Shown in pieces: positions 25,230 to 37,756 of a DNA stretch of 64,000 bases. How positions within the stretch are numbered: position 1 is the stretch's first letter; every line of letters starts with the position of its first letter. The notes under the pieces were generated by a model, which was given only the letters and a program-made list of their open reading frames with translations, ran no database searches and had not been told where the DNA came from. The position numbers and the translations under genes were made by a program. The DNA is taken from assembly GCF_013076305.1 (NCBI RefSeq), contig NW_027019762.1, forward strand, positions 5,541,008 through 5,605,007, given 5' to 3'. The DNA comes from Rhopilema esculentum (lineage: Eukaryota).

Positions 25230-26153
25230 GTATTTGCCAAGGATTCACGTTTCATTTTTAACTTTTGATTTGAGAAATGCAAATATGCTCTCTTCACTGA
25301 CTCAAGAGGCCACAGATCTTGTTGTTTTTATATTTCTAAAAACAACAGATTGCAGAATTTGGTAATTTGTCACCAAACTAGGTCTCTCCTCTCTTACTGG
25401 CTTCACTGCGTCCCAATTATCAGTGTTTCATAGTTTTTATAAAAAATGAAGTAATAGCCTGGGGTCTATGTTATCATCACGTGTTTCATAATAAACCCAA
25501 TTTTTAATGATGCAGTTTTGATGCTTCGATGCTTGTCTTCAAAATGTTATTGGCAGGTGAGCACACCAGCCACTATATTTCTTAGACTTATGACATCCGT
25601 CTTCGAATCGGATTCTTGTAGACTTTGCAAATAACGATGCCTATAGCGTGTATGTAGCTTTTCCTTGTGGCGGTTTTCATTTTTAAAGGAAGGTGATACA
25701 TATGAGTTCCAAAATTCTCAAGCTACTGTAGCCAGCTTTAGATGCAACTTAACAGCATCACATTTGTTTGTACGTTTTTGGTACCGCAAAATTTTCCGCT
25801 ATTTCGTGCAATCTTCAACCATGCGTGGGTACTAGTCTCGTTTATACTAAGAATTGTTTTCCGCGATTTTCATTTGAAGATAAGATGAAACCCGGTATGT
25901 CGTACCCTGGATAACTCGGAACTTTACTAAGTCGGACTGATACAAAAGACGTACCTAAGTCGGATATTCACTGAGTGAGACCTTTTCCTCACATTGACTG
26001 AATGTCCGACCATATATTCTGATAGCCCAAACTTTTAATACCCCAAACCTTTTGCATTGATCGTATACGATCATCTTTTCTTCATCTTTATTCTATTCGA
26101 TATGTCTGAAAGGGAAATCTATATGATTTTCTTTGTTTTTTTTCTTGTCTTAG

Positions 26154-26275
26154 ATATTGAAATTGTTTTTGAGCATACGATCCGATGAAAGCCATCGTGT
26201 CGGATTTCTGGAGTTGGACAGTGCTGATCAAAGCAAAGAAAAAAAATTCAGTGTTTTTGCAACTTGCAAACGAAT
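26154..26275 (+). CDS. TSC2: TSC2 exon 19: ILKLFLSIRSDESHRVGFLELDSADQSKEKKFSVFATCKR
   Basis: Acceptor tcttgtcttag|, donor AT|gtgagg, ends in phase 2. Matches human AFDFLLLLRADSLHRLGLP...RFSPYCVCD. Confidence 0.75.
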
Positions 26276-27327
26276 GTGAGGGTTTTTAGATATGGCCAAG
26301 TGTATTTGTTGCTTTTTAAATGCATTTACGCGTTTCATCTGATAAAAAAAGCGTTTCCATAAACAGTACTGGTCTACCTGGTGCTTGGATATGTTTTGGA
26401 GCTATTTACCTGAATGGAAAATTATGATTCTATAAATGCATTAATAATATTCAAAATGTATAGAAATGTCATTTTTCATTGTTGCGATGCATAAGCTAGC
26501 ATCTAGCCTGCTAGTGGAATTACATGCTTTTGGTCAATTTTTTTTCACTATCCTAGTAATAGACTGTCATTTTCTCTTGTACTATGGTCACAAACGTTCT
26601 TAATTTTTTCTTTAAAAGCGGCAATTTTTCAAACCATGGCCTGAAGCAGTGCATTGGTTTAAAATTCGATAAATTACAATTTTTTTGTGAATTTGTCATA
26701 ACTTTTTAAGAAGATTTTAACTGTGTTTAGTGGCGTTTTATAACTAATGACAAATATCTTTTTGTCAATTATGAAGATTGCTCGGGAAGCAAAAAAATGG
26801 CACGCTCAAGTATTGTTGTCTAGCATTCCATATTCGGCAATAGGTCAAAATTAGTTCAAGCATCTACAGGGCACAATGATTTGCTCAAGAAAACGTATAG
26901 TGCCAAAAATTTTGAAATCATTCGGCATAAGCAGAGTCATCTTTTCATTTAGGTGTCTTGGAATCTTTATACATCAGAGTTAAGGATTCCAACTTGTGTA
27001 TGTAGAAAGAGTTCGTTTTCTCGCTATGAGTCAGCTGTTTGGTCAAAAATAAGGAACAAGATAAACACTTCAATCAACATCTGGCATTTATGCTCCAAGC
27101 ATGAAAGTGTTTAGGAATTCTATGTTTCTGCTTTTCCTAACTATCTTCAAAATCTGTTGTAGGTAAGGGTTATTTGCTTAAAGAATACAATGTTTCTTGG
27201 CCCTTTAGCCACATAATTAGTATTCTCCTTTGGTCACTTCTCAATAATGATATTGACTGACTTGGTGTCTTGTTTTACGTTGTTGTCAGTTGTAAAGATG
27301 TATGACAAGAGTAGTTTTTTCTTTTAG

Positions 27328-27436
27328 GAGAGGAAAAGAAACTGCTGCCCCAAGCCCTCTTGGAAGAAAAATGTCACTTACCAAGTACTGTCCTACCTAC
27401 AAGGCATTTGATGCTGTTTTAAACTGTTTAAAAGAT
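27328..27436 (+). CDS. TSC2: TSC2 exon 20: (M)RGKETAAPSPLGRKMSLTKYCPTYKAFDAVLNCLKD
   Basis: Acceptor ttcttttag|, donor GAT|gtaagt. Matches human ...LGSVPYSLLFRVLLQCLKQ. Confidence 0.75.
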
Positions 27437-28207
27437 GTAAGTATGAAATGTTAGCATACTCGGAGCACTACCAGGTCACGGCCGCTTTCATGCATTTTTT
27501 TGCCAGTCTTTTGTTTGTAACTATTGGCTTCTGTTTAAAGTGAGTCTCTGTTATTTGAAGCTGTTTCTGTTTTTCTAAGGAAACATCTTGTCTTAAACGT
27601 TTTCTAATGATGGGGTCTCAATGTAAGTGAATACTGATACATATTTTTGCTTCTTTGTGGAAACAGTGCGGTTTTTTTCAAATTATTGAGTTTTAGAAGG
27701 ATTCCATACTGAAAGGCGGTTTCAGTACCAGATTTATTGTTATCTTCTGGACGGGAGGTAAAAACGCGATGAAATTATCGCCTCCTAATTTCATTCTCAT
27801 TCAGACAGGCCCAAAAAGAGAAATTAATTTTTGCACAACTGACTTGCAAATGTTTTCCGGAATGATTTGATGATAATCAATTTGATTTTGGTGGCTGACA
27901 TTCACTTCACTTTCTGTTGATTTTTATGATGCTTTCTGGAGCCTTGTCATTATATCACTGATTCGATAAATATCCTCTCGTTGTCTTATTTTATTGTTTG
28001 GCAGTCTCAAAGCATTGCATCGGCGTATTATTTTTTTGCGTATTGAGTGTGTTGTACCTTAAATGTTTTAACTACTCAAGCTACACAAGTCTGGAATTTT
28101 CTTGGTTCTTGTATGTCTTTGTTCTTCTGATTTATTTGTTATTTCTCTGTAGTATAGGAATAAAATTGAATTAAGGTGACTGATCATTTAACTCAATTTG
28201 TTTGTAG

Positions 28208-28330
28208 GAGTGGGAATGGAGTGTGCTGCAGTTCGTGCTTCAAAATCTGCCTGCTCAGCTTCGGAATAAAACGCTTATTTTGGGAGGCGACGCCGATGTA
28301 TCAAATCTATGTGCCTTTCTTTGTTATATG
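28208..28330 (+). CDS. TSC2: TSC2 exon 21: EWEWSVLQFVLQNLPAQLRNKTLILGGDADVSNLCAFLCYM
   Basis: Acceptor tttgtttgtag|, donor ATG|gtaatg. Matches human [41 protein letters not shown]. Confidence 0.9.
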
Positions 28331-28699
28331 GTAATGGTTTTAGTATTAAGATACTATTGGCTGGTGTGACTTACCTGAAAATCTTATTTAACAGCTAGAA
28401 TAAACTATAAACTCAGTATCATCTATTTATTTTTTTTCTATAAGTATTTGATATTTTAAGCATCATTTTTTTGCTAGTTTCTTCGTTTGAAAAAGCTCGT
28501 CCAGTAGCATCAGTTCTTTGTCATCATGAACTGTCTTGTAGGTGGCGTCCCATCAAGACAATGTCTACATAACTAAATCTTAATTACCAACCCCGTGATG
28601 TAAAAACGCGTGGTTTTGTAATATTTATGATAAAAGCATTTTATAGTTCTATTTCTCTTGAAAGTAGAACTAGTGTGATCCCCCTTTATCAATTACTAG

Positions 28700-29060
28700 T
28701 GTAGCCCCCCTTATCTCACCCCTATGTTTTTCTCTTTTTTCCTACAGCTCTATTTTCTCTCCAGCCGCTCTCTCTTTTTCTTGCGTCTCTTCCGCTTGCC
28801 AATTTGTCTGTTTTTCGTGTTTCTTTTGCCATTTCTGCTGCACCATATTTTCTTCCATTTCTTTTTTTGCTTTCCCCTGCACCCTATCTTTCGGCTTATC
28901 TGTTCCCATTTTCCCTGCATCATATGTCCCTTTTCTGTCTCAGTTTCCCCTTGCATGCTATTCTGTCCAGGCTCTCCGTGTCTACTTTTTACCTCTATTC
29001 GATTAAGTTTCCCCAGCTCGCTATTTTTCTTTTAGCTTATTCCCTGTTTATTAAAAAACC
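28700..29060. repeat. ~360-bp polypyrimidine (CT-rich) low-complexity tract with a degenerate ~40-bp periodicity, immediately upstream of the TSC2 exon 22 acceptor
   Basis: A nearly purine-free + strand from 28700 to 29060. It contains recurring TTCCCCTGCA(C/T)C(A/C)TAT-like units. It explains the spurious ORFs 28724-29035, 28750-28956 and 28804-29103. Confidence 0.85.
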
Positions 29061-29081
29061 ATTCCATTGCTTTTTATCCAG

Positions 29082-29165
29082 GTCAACGATGGCCAGTTTT
29101 TGAACAAAGCAAAGAATGTACCCCCTGGTTCTGGTCGAGTCGAGCTGCATAACCTAGTATTTCCT
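29082..29165 (+). CDS. TSC2: TSC2 exon 22: VNDGQFLNKAKNVPPGSGRVELHNLVFP
   Basis: Acceptor ttttatccag|, preceded by a ~370-bp polypyrimidine tract. Donor CCT|gtaagt. Matches human ...RGAPEGFSRTDLHLAVVP. Confidence 0.75.
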
Positions 29166-29626
29166 GTAAGTTGCTCTGAAGTTCAGTGAGTAATGTTGTA
29201 ATGAAATATCTAAGACATCAAGCTTTAATGTACCCGCATTTGCTCACTGGATATTATTATACGAATAAAGATATCATACAATTGTTTATCCAAAAAATCT
29301 ATGCGTTATATTGACAGTTATTTTTGTTTTAGTCAAATATGACCGTCAACCCTAGACTATTAAAGGCAGTACGTCAAGCCGTTCATTGGTTTATCGAAAC
29401 AAATAACAAATCTTCTATTTCAGTGAGTTTTCATTTCGTAACAAAGACGGCCCTCTACTTGCTATTTATCAGTTTTACTAATTTGTCACGCTTCTCTAAT
29501 TTTGGGGACTCTCGAAATTCAACAAACAACAAACAATAAACAGCTCGACATTCTGCCTTTAAGTATAAGCAACACCAAAAACTGGTATTTGGTATGAAAG
29601 CTATTAATTTTTTGTCTGTTTTGTAG

Positions 29627-29677
29627 ATTCTTGCTGTACTAGTTACCTATCAGAATACAATTGAAAGGCAAAGGCAG
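29627..29677 (+). CDS. TSC2: TSC2 exon 23: ILAVLVTYQNTIERQRQ
   Basis: Acceptor ttttgtag|, donor CAG|gtgaga. Matches human VLTALISYHNYLDKTKQ. Confidence 0.85.
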
Positions 29678-30789
29678 GTGAGAGTGGGTTAGGAGTGTAA
29701 CTATAAAGGCTAGCTACAATTCTCTTTAATTGTACTTGAATTGAAATTTGTATCTTCACCATTTTGTCTTCTAAATTAAAGATACCCTTCAATTTTCCCA
29801 GTCCCCGTTGTTTGGTGAGATTGGCGTTACACTTTGATAGACCCAAATTGCTTTACATGAAAGCTTTAAAGTTTATAAAATTTCGCCGAACAGGTAACTA
29901 GTGGTGGCGTTTTGATGCTCGTCTACCATTTAATTTATCAGCTACAGTCAAAATCTACACATTAGAACAAAGTTTTAAAACTAACCCAAATTTGTAGTCG
30001 TATTTAACGAAGCTCATCCTGTAGTCAGTAAATCTGCTACACATTTCATAAGAACACAATTTAAAGGAAGAGAGATGCTCGATTTGCCAAGAAATGAGAA
30101 CAAAGACAGATCTAAAGTTAAAGTAACATTACCAACCTTAGATCTAAAGTTAGAAGAAAAAACGTTTTTTTTATTTTTGCTCATGATAACAAACAGAGCA
30201 GATTTTGTCCGAACGTCAGTCGTGCTGTTAAGTGTAACATGATGAAACTGTTATTGAGTGGCCTTTGAAACAATTTTCGGTGTTTAGCTCTAGATAAATT
30301 ATTTTTTGAAACACGAACAATATTAAAAACACCCAAGTTTTAAGAGTATATTTGGAGTGTATTATAAACAAAACAGAAGAGTGTTTTAAGAAAAATAACT
30401 GTATTTTGATTGTAAATTTTGAAACTATTTTAGGAATTTTTATGAAGTGAGATTGATTTTAAGAGTGAATTTAGAAATAGCACCAATGATACAACAGCAT
30501 GTACTCACCAGATTTGCATGCATAGCTCACGAAAAATTCATATTTTGTTTAGGCCGAAATCAATAAAATGACTGTTTCTGAGCTAAGTTGATTATTAACG
30601 ATTAACAACGAAAATTAAATTGTTTTATATACATAGTACGCCTCAGATGACATTCTGCTTTCCGCTTATCCTGAAAGGTATGGCCGAATCTCAGCATCTC
30701 AGCGAAGCATAATCTGCAGGCTCATATCATAAAAAAGTCTCTTTGCGACGCACAGTTGCTGCCATTTGCATTCTTATCATCTATTTCAG

Positions 30790-30896
30790 CTTGAGTTGGT
30801 CAAAAGTTTGGAACTTGGCTTGAATAGTCAATGTGCGCGTCTTTGCGTCGTGTGTTTGACGATCTGCATACTGGAAATGAAATCAGTCATGCTGCG
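30790..30896 (+). CDS. TSC2: TSC2 exon 24: LELVKSLELGLNSQCARLCVVCLTICILEMKSVML(R)
   Basis: Acceptor ctatttcag|, donor CG|gtaagg. Matches human [37 protein letters not shown]. Confidence 0.85.
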
Positions 30897-32551
30897 GTAA
30901 GGCCAAAAAGCTGTTTAACTGGGTTTATCTGCAGTCGAAAGAGACGTAGTGGCTGCGATGATGTTGCGTTATGTCGTCGACCAAATGAATTTTAGAGAAA
31001 CCGCCTTTTTATCTCGACTAAGGCTGACAGTAACTGACTGTAATGCCGGAAGAGCTGAAACGATTCAGCTTCTTTCCCGACACTAACGGTATCCCTACGG
31101 ACATTGAAAGGGCCTAGCCAGCCTTCATACATTGTTGCTATATAACATGCTTCGGCAATGACCGGATCCCCCTTGACCTTATAAGGAGATTTCTTCAGCA
31201 CTTCTATTATGTTGTTTTGCCAAAGAGAATTACAAATTAGCGACAACGAAGACATGAAACTTAAAACAACTGCGTGCCTGCAATGCATGCCTGTTGACAA
31301 TGACCCTCAAATGGAAACTCTGACATAAGGCTGATTGCATCGCTCGCATTGTTTCCCATAGTTTACATAATTTCAACTGTCAAATGTAAATGGGTTTTAA
31401 ATTTTAGCTTGTCTTGAAATATCATTAAAAATAGGCTTATTTGCATTTTTGATGTAAGGGCTGCTTGACAATGCGGACTTTTTCTTAAGGGCTATCTCAT
31501 CATCCTCACCCCTATTTGGTAAAATATTGAAAACGAAAATGACTTGTACAGTCAAGATCCATTGGCACCGAAAACAGTGACCCTGACCAATCAATCAGCC
31601 AGCGACATGACTCTGCACCACTGTAGTCTTTTATATATATATATTCACATTTTTAAAAAAATACACAAATTTACCAGACGATACCACAGAGAGCATGGGA
31701 ATACATAGCAACCCTGTGGCAATTTACAATCGACATATATAACTAAATTTACTGTGGTCTGTAGTATACTGTAGTCTTACGGCTCTTTCGACTTAATTAA
31801 GCTAGTGTCTTCATATTTGAATTCATGCTTATATATTCAGTATTGTTATCAATACAAGATGTTGATAGAAGACCTTTTAGCCAGGTAATATAAAAGTGCT
31901 TGGGATGTGGAACTGCCCGAAATGAAACATCTCTCGCAGTATTTCTTCAATGAATCTAGCTTAGTGTTCTTTGCACTTGTAAGGAACTACGACGTCAGTG
32001 ACTAGCTTTCATAAAGCTCGTTTTCGACCCCCCCCCCACTTTTCTTTTATCATCTCCTTATTTTAGTAAGTTTAATGAACAGCGAAAGAATGAAAAACAA
32101 CACAACTTTTTGTCCAACATATTGTAATCAAATTTTTTGTTGACTTATTTCATAGATGTTTCTTTTGTTGAAATAACTTGATTTTTCGTCAGTTGTTTCG
32201 TAATACATGTAAAGCTCTTAGGCAGTGTATCGATAAAGATTGCAGTTGAAGAATGATCTATAAATTCTGATAAAATGCTGACACGAGTTCTGCTATTTGG
32301 TTGCTTGCAGCAAAGCTGATTGGTTTATACCAAGCTCTTTGTACGCTAATTGTTTAACATCAAGCTTCTTGTACGTTCATCGGTTTAGACCAAGCTACTT
32401 CTACGTTTATCGGTTTTGACCGACGTTCTTCTATGTTGACTGGCTTAGACCGATCTGCCAACCAATTTACGTATACACTGCCTACAAGAAATCTAAGCAA
32501 TTTTCCTTCGTTGAAAAAAAATTTTTGTCAACTTTTTTTGTTTACTTTCAG

Positions 32552-32634
32552 CACGCTACCATCCATACTCATTAAGCTTTCAAAAATTTCTGCCACCGTC
32601 ATGATGTCGATACCCATGCTGGAGTTCCTCTCAA
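32552..32634 (+). CDS. TSC2: TSC2 exon 25: (R)TLPSILIKLSKISATVMMSIPMLEFLS
   Basis: Acceptor ttactttcag|, donor A|gtgagt, ends in phase 1. Matches human [27 protein letters not shown]. Confidence 0.9.
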
Positions 32635-33135
32635 GTGAGTGTATGATATTGTAATCACGGGGCGTGATTTTGTCTTCAATTTGATGGTGTTTGAATCAGA
32701 ATATTCGATGGCTGAATTAATTTTTGTTTGTATGAAAAACAAATTACCTGTGGAAGAATAATTAAAATGAACTAAAGATTAGTTAAAGTGGTGTCTAGCT
32801 GGGTGGACCATGAAAGTCGTCTATCCCTTCAGCATCTGATTGTTATATGAATAATGACCTTTTGTCAACCCGTAACTGGCTACTTTAGAGTTCTCAAGTG
32901 TGACGTCACAAAAAACTATTTTTAGAATTTTCGAATCTTGACCACAAAATATGAAAGAACATCATAAAATACCCCCATATACGCAAAATCAGTTAGATTT
33001 GTCAATAATCGGGTGGGGTATGGCCAATAGAAGATTTGAAGTTTGCTAACGGATGACTGTTATTTTTTTGACCGTTTCTGAAACAGACATCTTATCTATT
33101 GGTGCAAATGCCTTTGCAATTTAGCAAAAAGATAG

Positions 33136-34012
33136 AATGAACAGACCAAGAACGCCTTGGAAAGTTTCCTATACGAATTCAAGGATAAGCTGTACAGTGA
33201 TAACGTCGAAAAATTGGCCACTGAGGAGGAGACGAACAAGATAGGTGAGAAATTTTCGGAGGCATCAGACTGGTTAATGGATGATGGCTACGATGCAACT
33301 GCTGAGGTTTACAAAAGCAAGTTGCAAGAGCTAGAGATCAACTAAAGATCTCCGTTTCCGTATTTCTGAAGGTGAGATTCGGCTTAAAGCAATCGCCGAA
33401 TTGCTTATCAACTTGAACTTGACTAACGTTTTTAATAAACAATTCAAGGCTATGCCAGAAGCATATGAGATTTACACTGAAAGGATATTAAAGATCTAGA
33501 GAAAGTGTCAAGTGAAGTCTCTGACTGGCTTGCAACCAACTTGAAAGAACAGACAGATCCAAAAACCAAGCCGGCTCTTTTGGTCAAAGAATTTGTATCA
33601 ATGCAGGGTAAACTGGACAGGGAATTGCTTTACCTAATCACCAAAGCAAAGTATTGCGTCCCAAAGCCGAAACCAAAAACCAACACAGCAGCCGAAACAA
33701 GACTGCCTCAAATACTACCTAAGCTGAAGAAAAGAATCAGTCAATCAAGGAAGATGAAAAGAAGAAGGAAAAGGATGAAAAAATGAAAAAATCCTCCAAA
33801 AAGGAAGAATCCGAAAAGGAATAAAAAAGCTAATCGATGAGACTGATTCTACCAGTGACGGAAAGAAGGATGATTCTAAGGAAGAAAAGATTGAAAAGGC
33901 AAAACCATTCGAGCTTCCAGAGGTGGAGAAGAAAGAGAGCAAGCCTAAAGAAGAAGTTAGCGATAAATCAAATACAAAAGAAAAAGAAGAGGAAACGCAT
34001 AAAGAACTTTAA
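33136..34012 (+). pseudogene. HYOU1: Processed pseudogene fragment of an HYOU1/GRP170-like Hsp70-superfamily chaperone (C-terminal ~280 codons), lying in TSC2 intron 25
   Basis: Four consecutive, collinear, intron-free blocks match the HYOU1 C-terminal region in order. Block 1 (reading from 33136; the upstream in-frame stop is at 33133-33135) is NALESFLYEFKDKLY...SEASDWLMDDGYDATAEVYKSKLQELEIN. Block 2 is RFRISEGEIRLKAIAELLINLNLTNVFNKQFKAMPEAYEIYTE, compared with human FFRVEERKKWPERLSALDNLLNHSSMFLKGARLIPEMDQIFTE. Block 3 is DLEKVSSEVSDWLATNLKEQTDPKTKPALLVKEFVSMQGKLDRELLYLITKAKYCVPKPKPK, compared with TLEKVINETWAWKNATLAEQAKLPATEKPVLLSKDIEAKMMALDREVQYLLNKAKFTKPRPRPK. Block 4 is a K/E-rich tail ending ...ETHKEL*, which is ER-retention-like. 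Each block is in a different reading frame. The blocks are separated by at least three frameshifts or stops with no GT..AG introns between them. Confidence 0.7.
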
Positions 34013-35882
34013 CAATTTTAGTTATTAGCATTTAGGAATTGTAAATTTTGTGCGCAAATTACTTGAAGTGGGTGCTTCGCTGATTGTTTTGAGAAAGTGT
34101 TCGCCTAAAAAGACAACTAACTATATTATTGTTATTTTGATATATGATTACTGTTATTTTTGCTCAGTTCATAAAGCTATGGCCCGAGCTTGTGCTCATC
34201 TGGTCATATCTCAACCAATTCGTAATACCATTAACTAATTTTGCAGATTTAGAGGTATTTCATGATGCTCTTTCAGGTTATTGGAAATAATTTCAAAAAT
34301 TCTGAAAATGGATTTTTGTGACGTCATCATTTGACAACTCTATTAGTAATTGTTCGGTAGTATTAAGCAAGCATGAATTAAAAAACCTGAAGGAATTTTA
34401 TGAAATACCTCTATATATATCTCAAACAGAATGTAAAAGAGATTTAACTGATTTCGCACATTTGGAGGTATTTCAAGTTTCTCTTTCAAGTTATGTGGTC
34501 AAGATTTAAGATTATAAAAATATATTTTCCTATGACGTCATCATCTTTCCACTCTGCTATTTGTTGTATAATGTGAGAGCAGCAGACTTCAATAACATGC
34601 CAAGCGCCAATCATCATTGCGGTCAATTTTGCGATGTTCATTATTGATATGTGTCTTGCATCGCGAATCAATAATGATTAAGTGAGTTGATCTTTATCCG
34701 CAACGGATTATGCACTTGTGTTGTAAAGTTAAGCTTAAAGGAGAAAACATCGTTGATTGTTTGTAAACATTATTTCAAAAGTTGTAGATAGCAATGAATT
34801 AATCATACCGAATGCCAAACTTAATGTCTTGTTCTTTTTCGAAAGCTGTGTTATTTCTTCAGAATGCTGAATAAAAGCACCTCGTTTAATTAAGACACCC
34901 CTTATTTGAAGTTCTCTTATAAATAAGATAAGCATGGCCCAACTAATAAATTATTATCTTCACAAAACGAATGTAAAAATGAATTCTATCAAAATTTGAG
35001 TTTTCTGGCACGAGATAGCACTATCAAGAGCCTTAGAAAATATTATGCTCAATGTTGTTTGCTGCTTAGATGAAAATTCTTTTGTAGAATGCAGAAAGGC
35101 TGCAAGGGTATTATGGTAGCACCCACTAGATTGCTCAAACTTTGAATTTTTAGATAAATACACTCTTTTCAAATGGCCTTGTGGAGCGAAGACGTAATTT
35201 ATTGATTATCTGGGTTTCATTTTTCCAACGATTTGATCATAGCTATTTACGGTTTATGCTACAAAAGTTATTTCAGTAAAAATAAAGGGACGTTCTTTTG
35301 TGGCACTTAGTTGTTTTCAATTTTTGCGTGTTTCTTGATTAATTCAATCCTCTCTTTATATATTTAAATCTTCCTCGGTTTTTATATTTAGGTTATAGAT
35401 GTGTTCTCAAATTTGAATTCTAGCGAATTTCAGCAAGAGATTTGATGTCATCTTTGTATTAAGTAGCACATTCAAAAAGTAACATATTACACACTCTACC
35501 AGAAGTAATCCTCCGATCAAGGCACTGTTTTTAGAATACTAACTAGTCCTTGTCGTAAAAAAACCTATATCTACCTCACCCCCCCCCCAAAAAATAATGT
35601 TGATTGATAATCCTTTGACTTCACGATTAGCTGACATTAATAACGGTCTGATAGGTTCCTGTTGTGTGGAGCATTTTTAAACGGGGGAGGTGGGAGAGAA
35701 AGGTGCCACGAAAACTTTAGCGTAGTGTACTCAGGCCTTTGGCATTATTTTAGTTGTAAATCTTCTTGAAGTTGTATTCTTATCTTTTCGGCAACTTTAA
35801 CGTAGTTTCTATGTCCCTTATAACTGTTGATCTAAATGCCAATTTTATCAAGTTAACAAACTGTGACTTTGCTTTTTTTAAG

Positions 35883-35976
35883 GTTTAAAAGAAGTGAAAG
35901 ACCTGTACTCGAACTTCGTGGAGGAGCAGTACATGAGTATATTTGCAATCGCACTACCATATACTGATGCATACAG
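35883..35976 (+). CDS. TSC2: TSC2 exon 26: (S)LKEVKDLYSNFVEEQYMSIFAIALPYTDAY(R)
   Basis: Acceptor tttttttaag|, donor AG|gtaaaa. Matches human [33 protein letters not shown]. Confidence 0.9.
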
Positions 35977-37122
35977 GTAAAACTATGAAAAATTACTGAT
36001 CACTGATATTGTGCGCGCATTAAATCAGATTTGCCTGTTATTTTGGGGAAGGGGTACATATTTTTGTGGAGGGGGCGGCACTTTAAGAGTACTTTTTGAC
36101 TACACACAACACTTTCTCACACACAGTGGGAGCATTTCTCTTGTGACGGCACAAAAGACACTAGTGGGTTCAAACTACTTCTCTTGCCATTTCTTTTCTC
36201 CAATTAGGGGGCTATATTCTCATGTAAATGATATGCTAGCAACTTCTAAAAACATATTGAATCTTTCTCCTACCATATCATTGCCAGCAAATCTCTAGAA
36301 AAGACCCAATTTTTCCAAAAGTCAAGCTGCTTCTAGGTTTTATTCTTAAGGTACATGCAGAAGCTACAGGGCCAAAGATTCTTGGAATAGATTATCTTTT
36401 AAAGACAGTATTTTGATGATGACTTTGGTTGACAGTGATTTCTTGTGGCAATAGAAGGAGCAAGAGGCAATGCTCTATAGAATAATGGTTTATCCTGCAA
36501 CAGTGGCGCTCGAAGGACAGCCTGTACCATCTCGGATTCCCAATTCTCGTTTTCTTCTTTGAAGAGATTTTCTGTACTTTTCTTTCTTCTCTTCTTTCAT
36601 AATTTTCTGCATATGATTTTTTGAGTGACATTTATAGCCTGCGTTGCAGTCCATAGTGAATATCGGTGTAAAGCAATTTGGTGTGTGCAACACAGCTCTA
36701 TGTCGCCTATCATTTTCCGCGTACTGGTTTCCTCATATTTGACTGTGTGTTGTTGTTTCCAGCAGAAACTTGATACATGAATCCCACTAGTTATAATGAA
36801 GAAATGGTTGGATAAAGGCACCTATTAGAACTTTAACATTTCGTGTCGAAATGGAGCTGGAAAGACAAATCTGCAAAATATGTCTGTTTTATTACATTAC
36901 TTGTCCTTTCCCTTCAGTTGCCGGAATTTTACCACGTGACGGGCTGGGAAAACATCTTTGAAGTACAGGCAAAAATAATATTTGTATACTAGACATTTAC
37001 TTCTTCGAAGATTATTTACGTTCTCCTGTCTTTTTCTTAATCCTTTCCAAAAAGGGAATGATTTGATTTTTTATTTCAATTAATGTTTCCGCACGGCACT
37101 TAATAGTTTTATTTTCTACTAG

Positions 37123-37225
37123 ATACTCTGCGTACACGGTCACTCTTGCCCATTACGTCATTTCTTCGTGGTTCACCAGATGTCGCTTGGCGTTTAGAAA
37201 AGGCTTTGTGAGGCTGATAACAAAG
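37123..37225 (+). CDS. TSC2: TSC2 exon 27: (R)YSAYTVTLAHYVISSWFTRCRLAFRKGFVRLITK
   Basis: Acceptor ttttctactag|, donor AAG|gtacag. Matches human [34 protein letters not shown]. Confidence 0.9.
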
Positions 37226-37756
37226 GTACAGCTATGTTTGCAGGTCCACCTTAAAATATATGCAAGGCCGCAGCTACTGTTGCTCCTTGAGCTCCGCCAT
37301 AATAATATAAAATCCTCTGTTTCTAATGAACAATCGCTTATGTTCTCAAATTAATGAAACCGCCCAATAATTCTGTCCTTTCTATGGCACTGATTTGATG
37401 AAGAAAGTGGTACTTAAGGCGACGTAATAGTTGTTTTTAATAAAGAAGTATTGGATTTCATGGTTTGTTGTTGTCAACAGCGTTGCAATTGGTCATTAAG
37501 CTAAAGAGTATCAGTTTATCACAGACAATAAATTCGTGCAAGTACTAGGTGGGTAAGTAACGGTTGTGTGTTGTTCATTTGGAGCGTTTGCTCAATGTCC
37601 AGTTCTTAATATTTCATATGTCACTGTAAGGTGACCAGTGCCTCATTGACGTATGCGCGGGTCTCTGCACCAACCTCCATTGACTGGCATCTTAAAGCTT
37701 TTCTTTTAGTTAATATGATGATCTTGACAATGAAAAATATCTTATTTGTTTTGAAG

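Noticed and set aside
28724-29103. Overlapping ORFs in all frames over 28.7-29.1 kb
   Set aside because: Artefacts of the ~360-bp polypyrimidine tract. A purine-poor strand cannot encode stop codons, since all stops contain A or G. The tract is intronic, immediately 5' of exon 22.
36900-36966. Good acceptor ttgtcctttcccttcag| at ~36917 with an open frame LPEFYHVTGWENIFEVQ, considered as TSC2 exon 27
   Set aside because: There is no GT donor (the frame runs into GCAAAA). The correct phase gives a stop. The genuine exon 27, with strong tuberin similarity, lies at 37123-37225.
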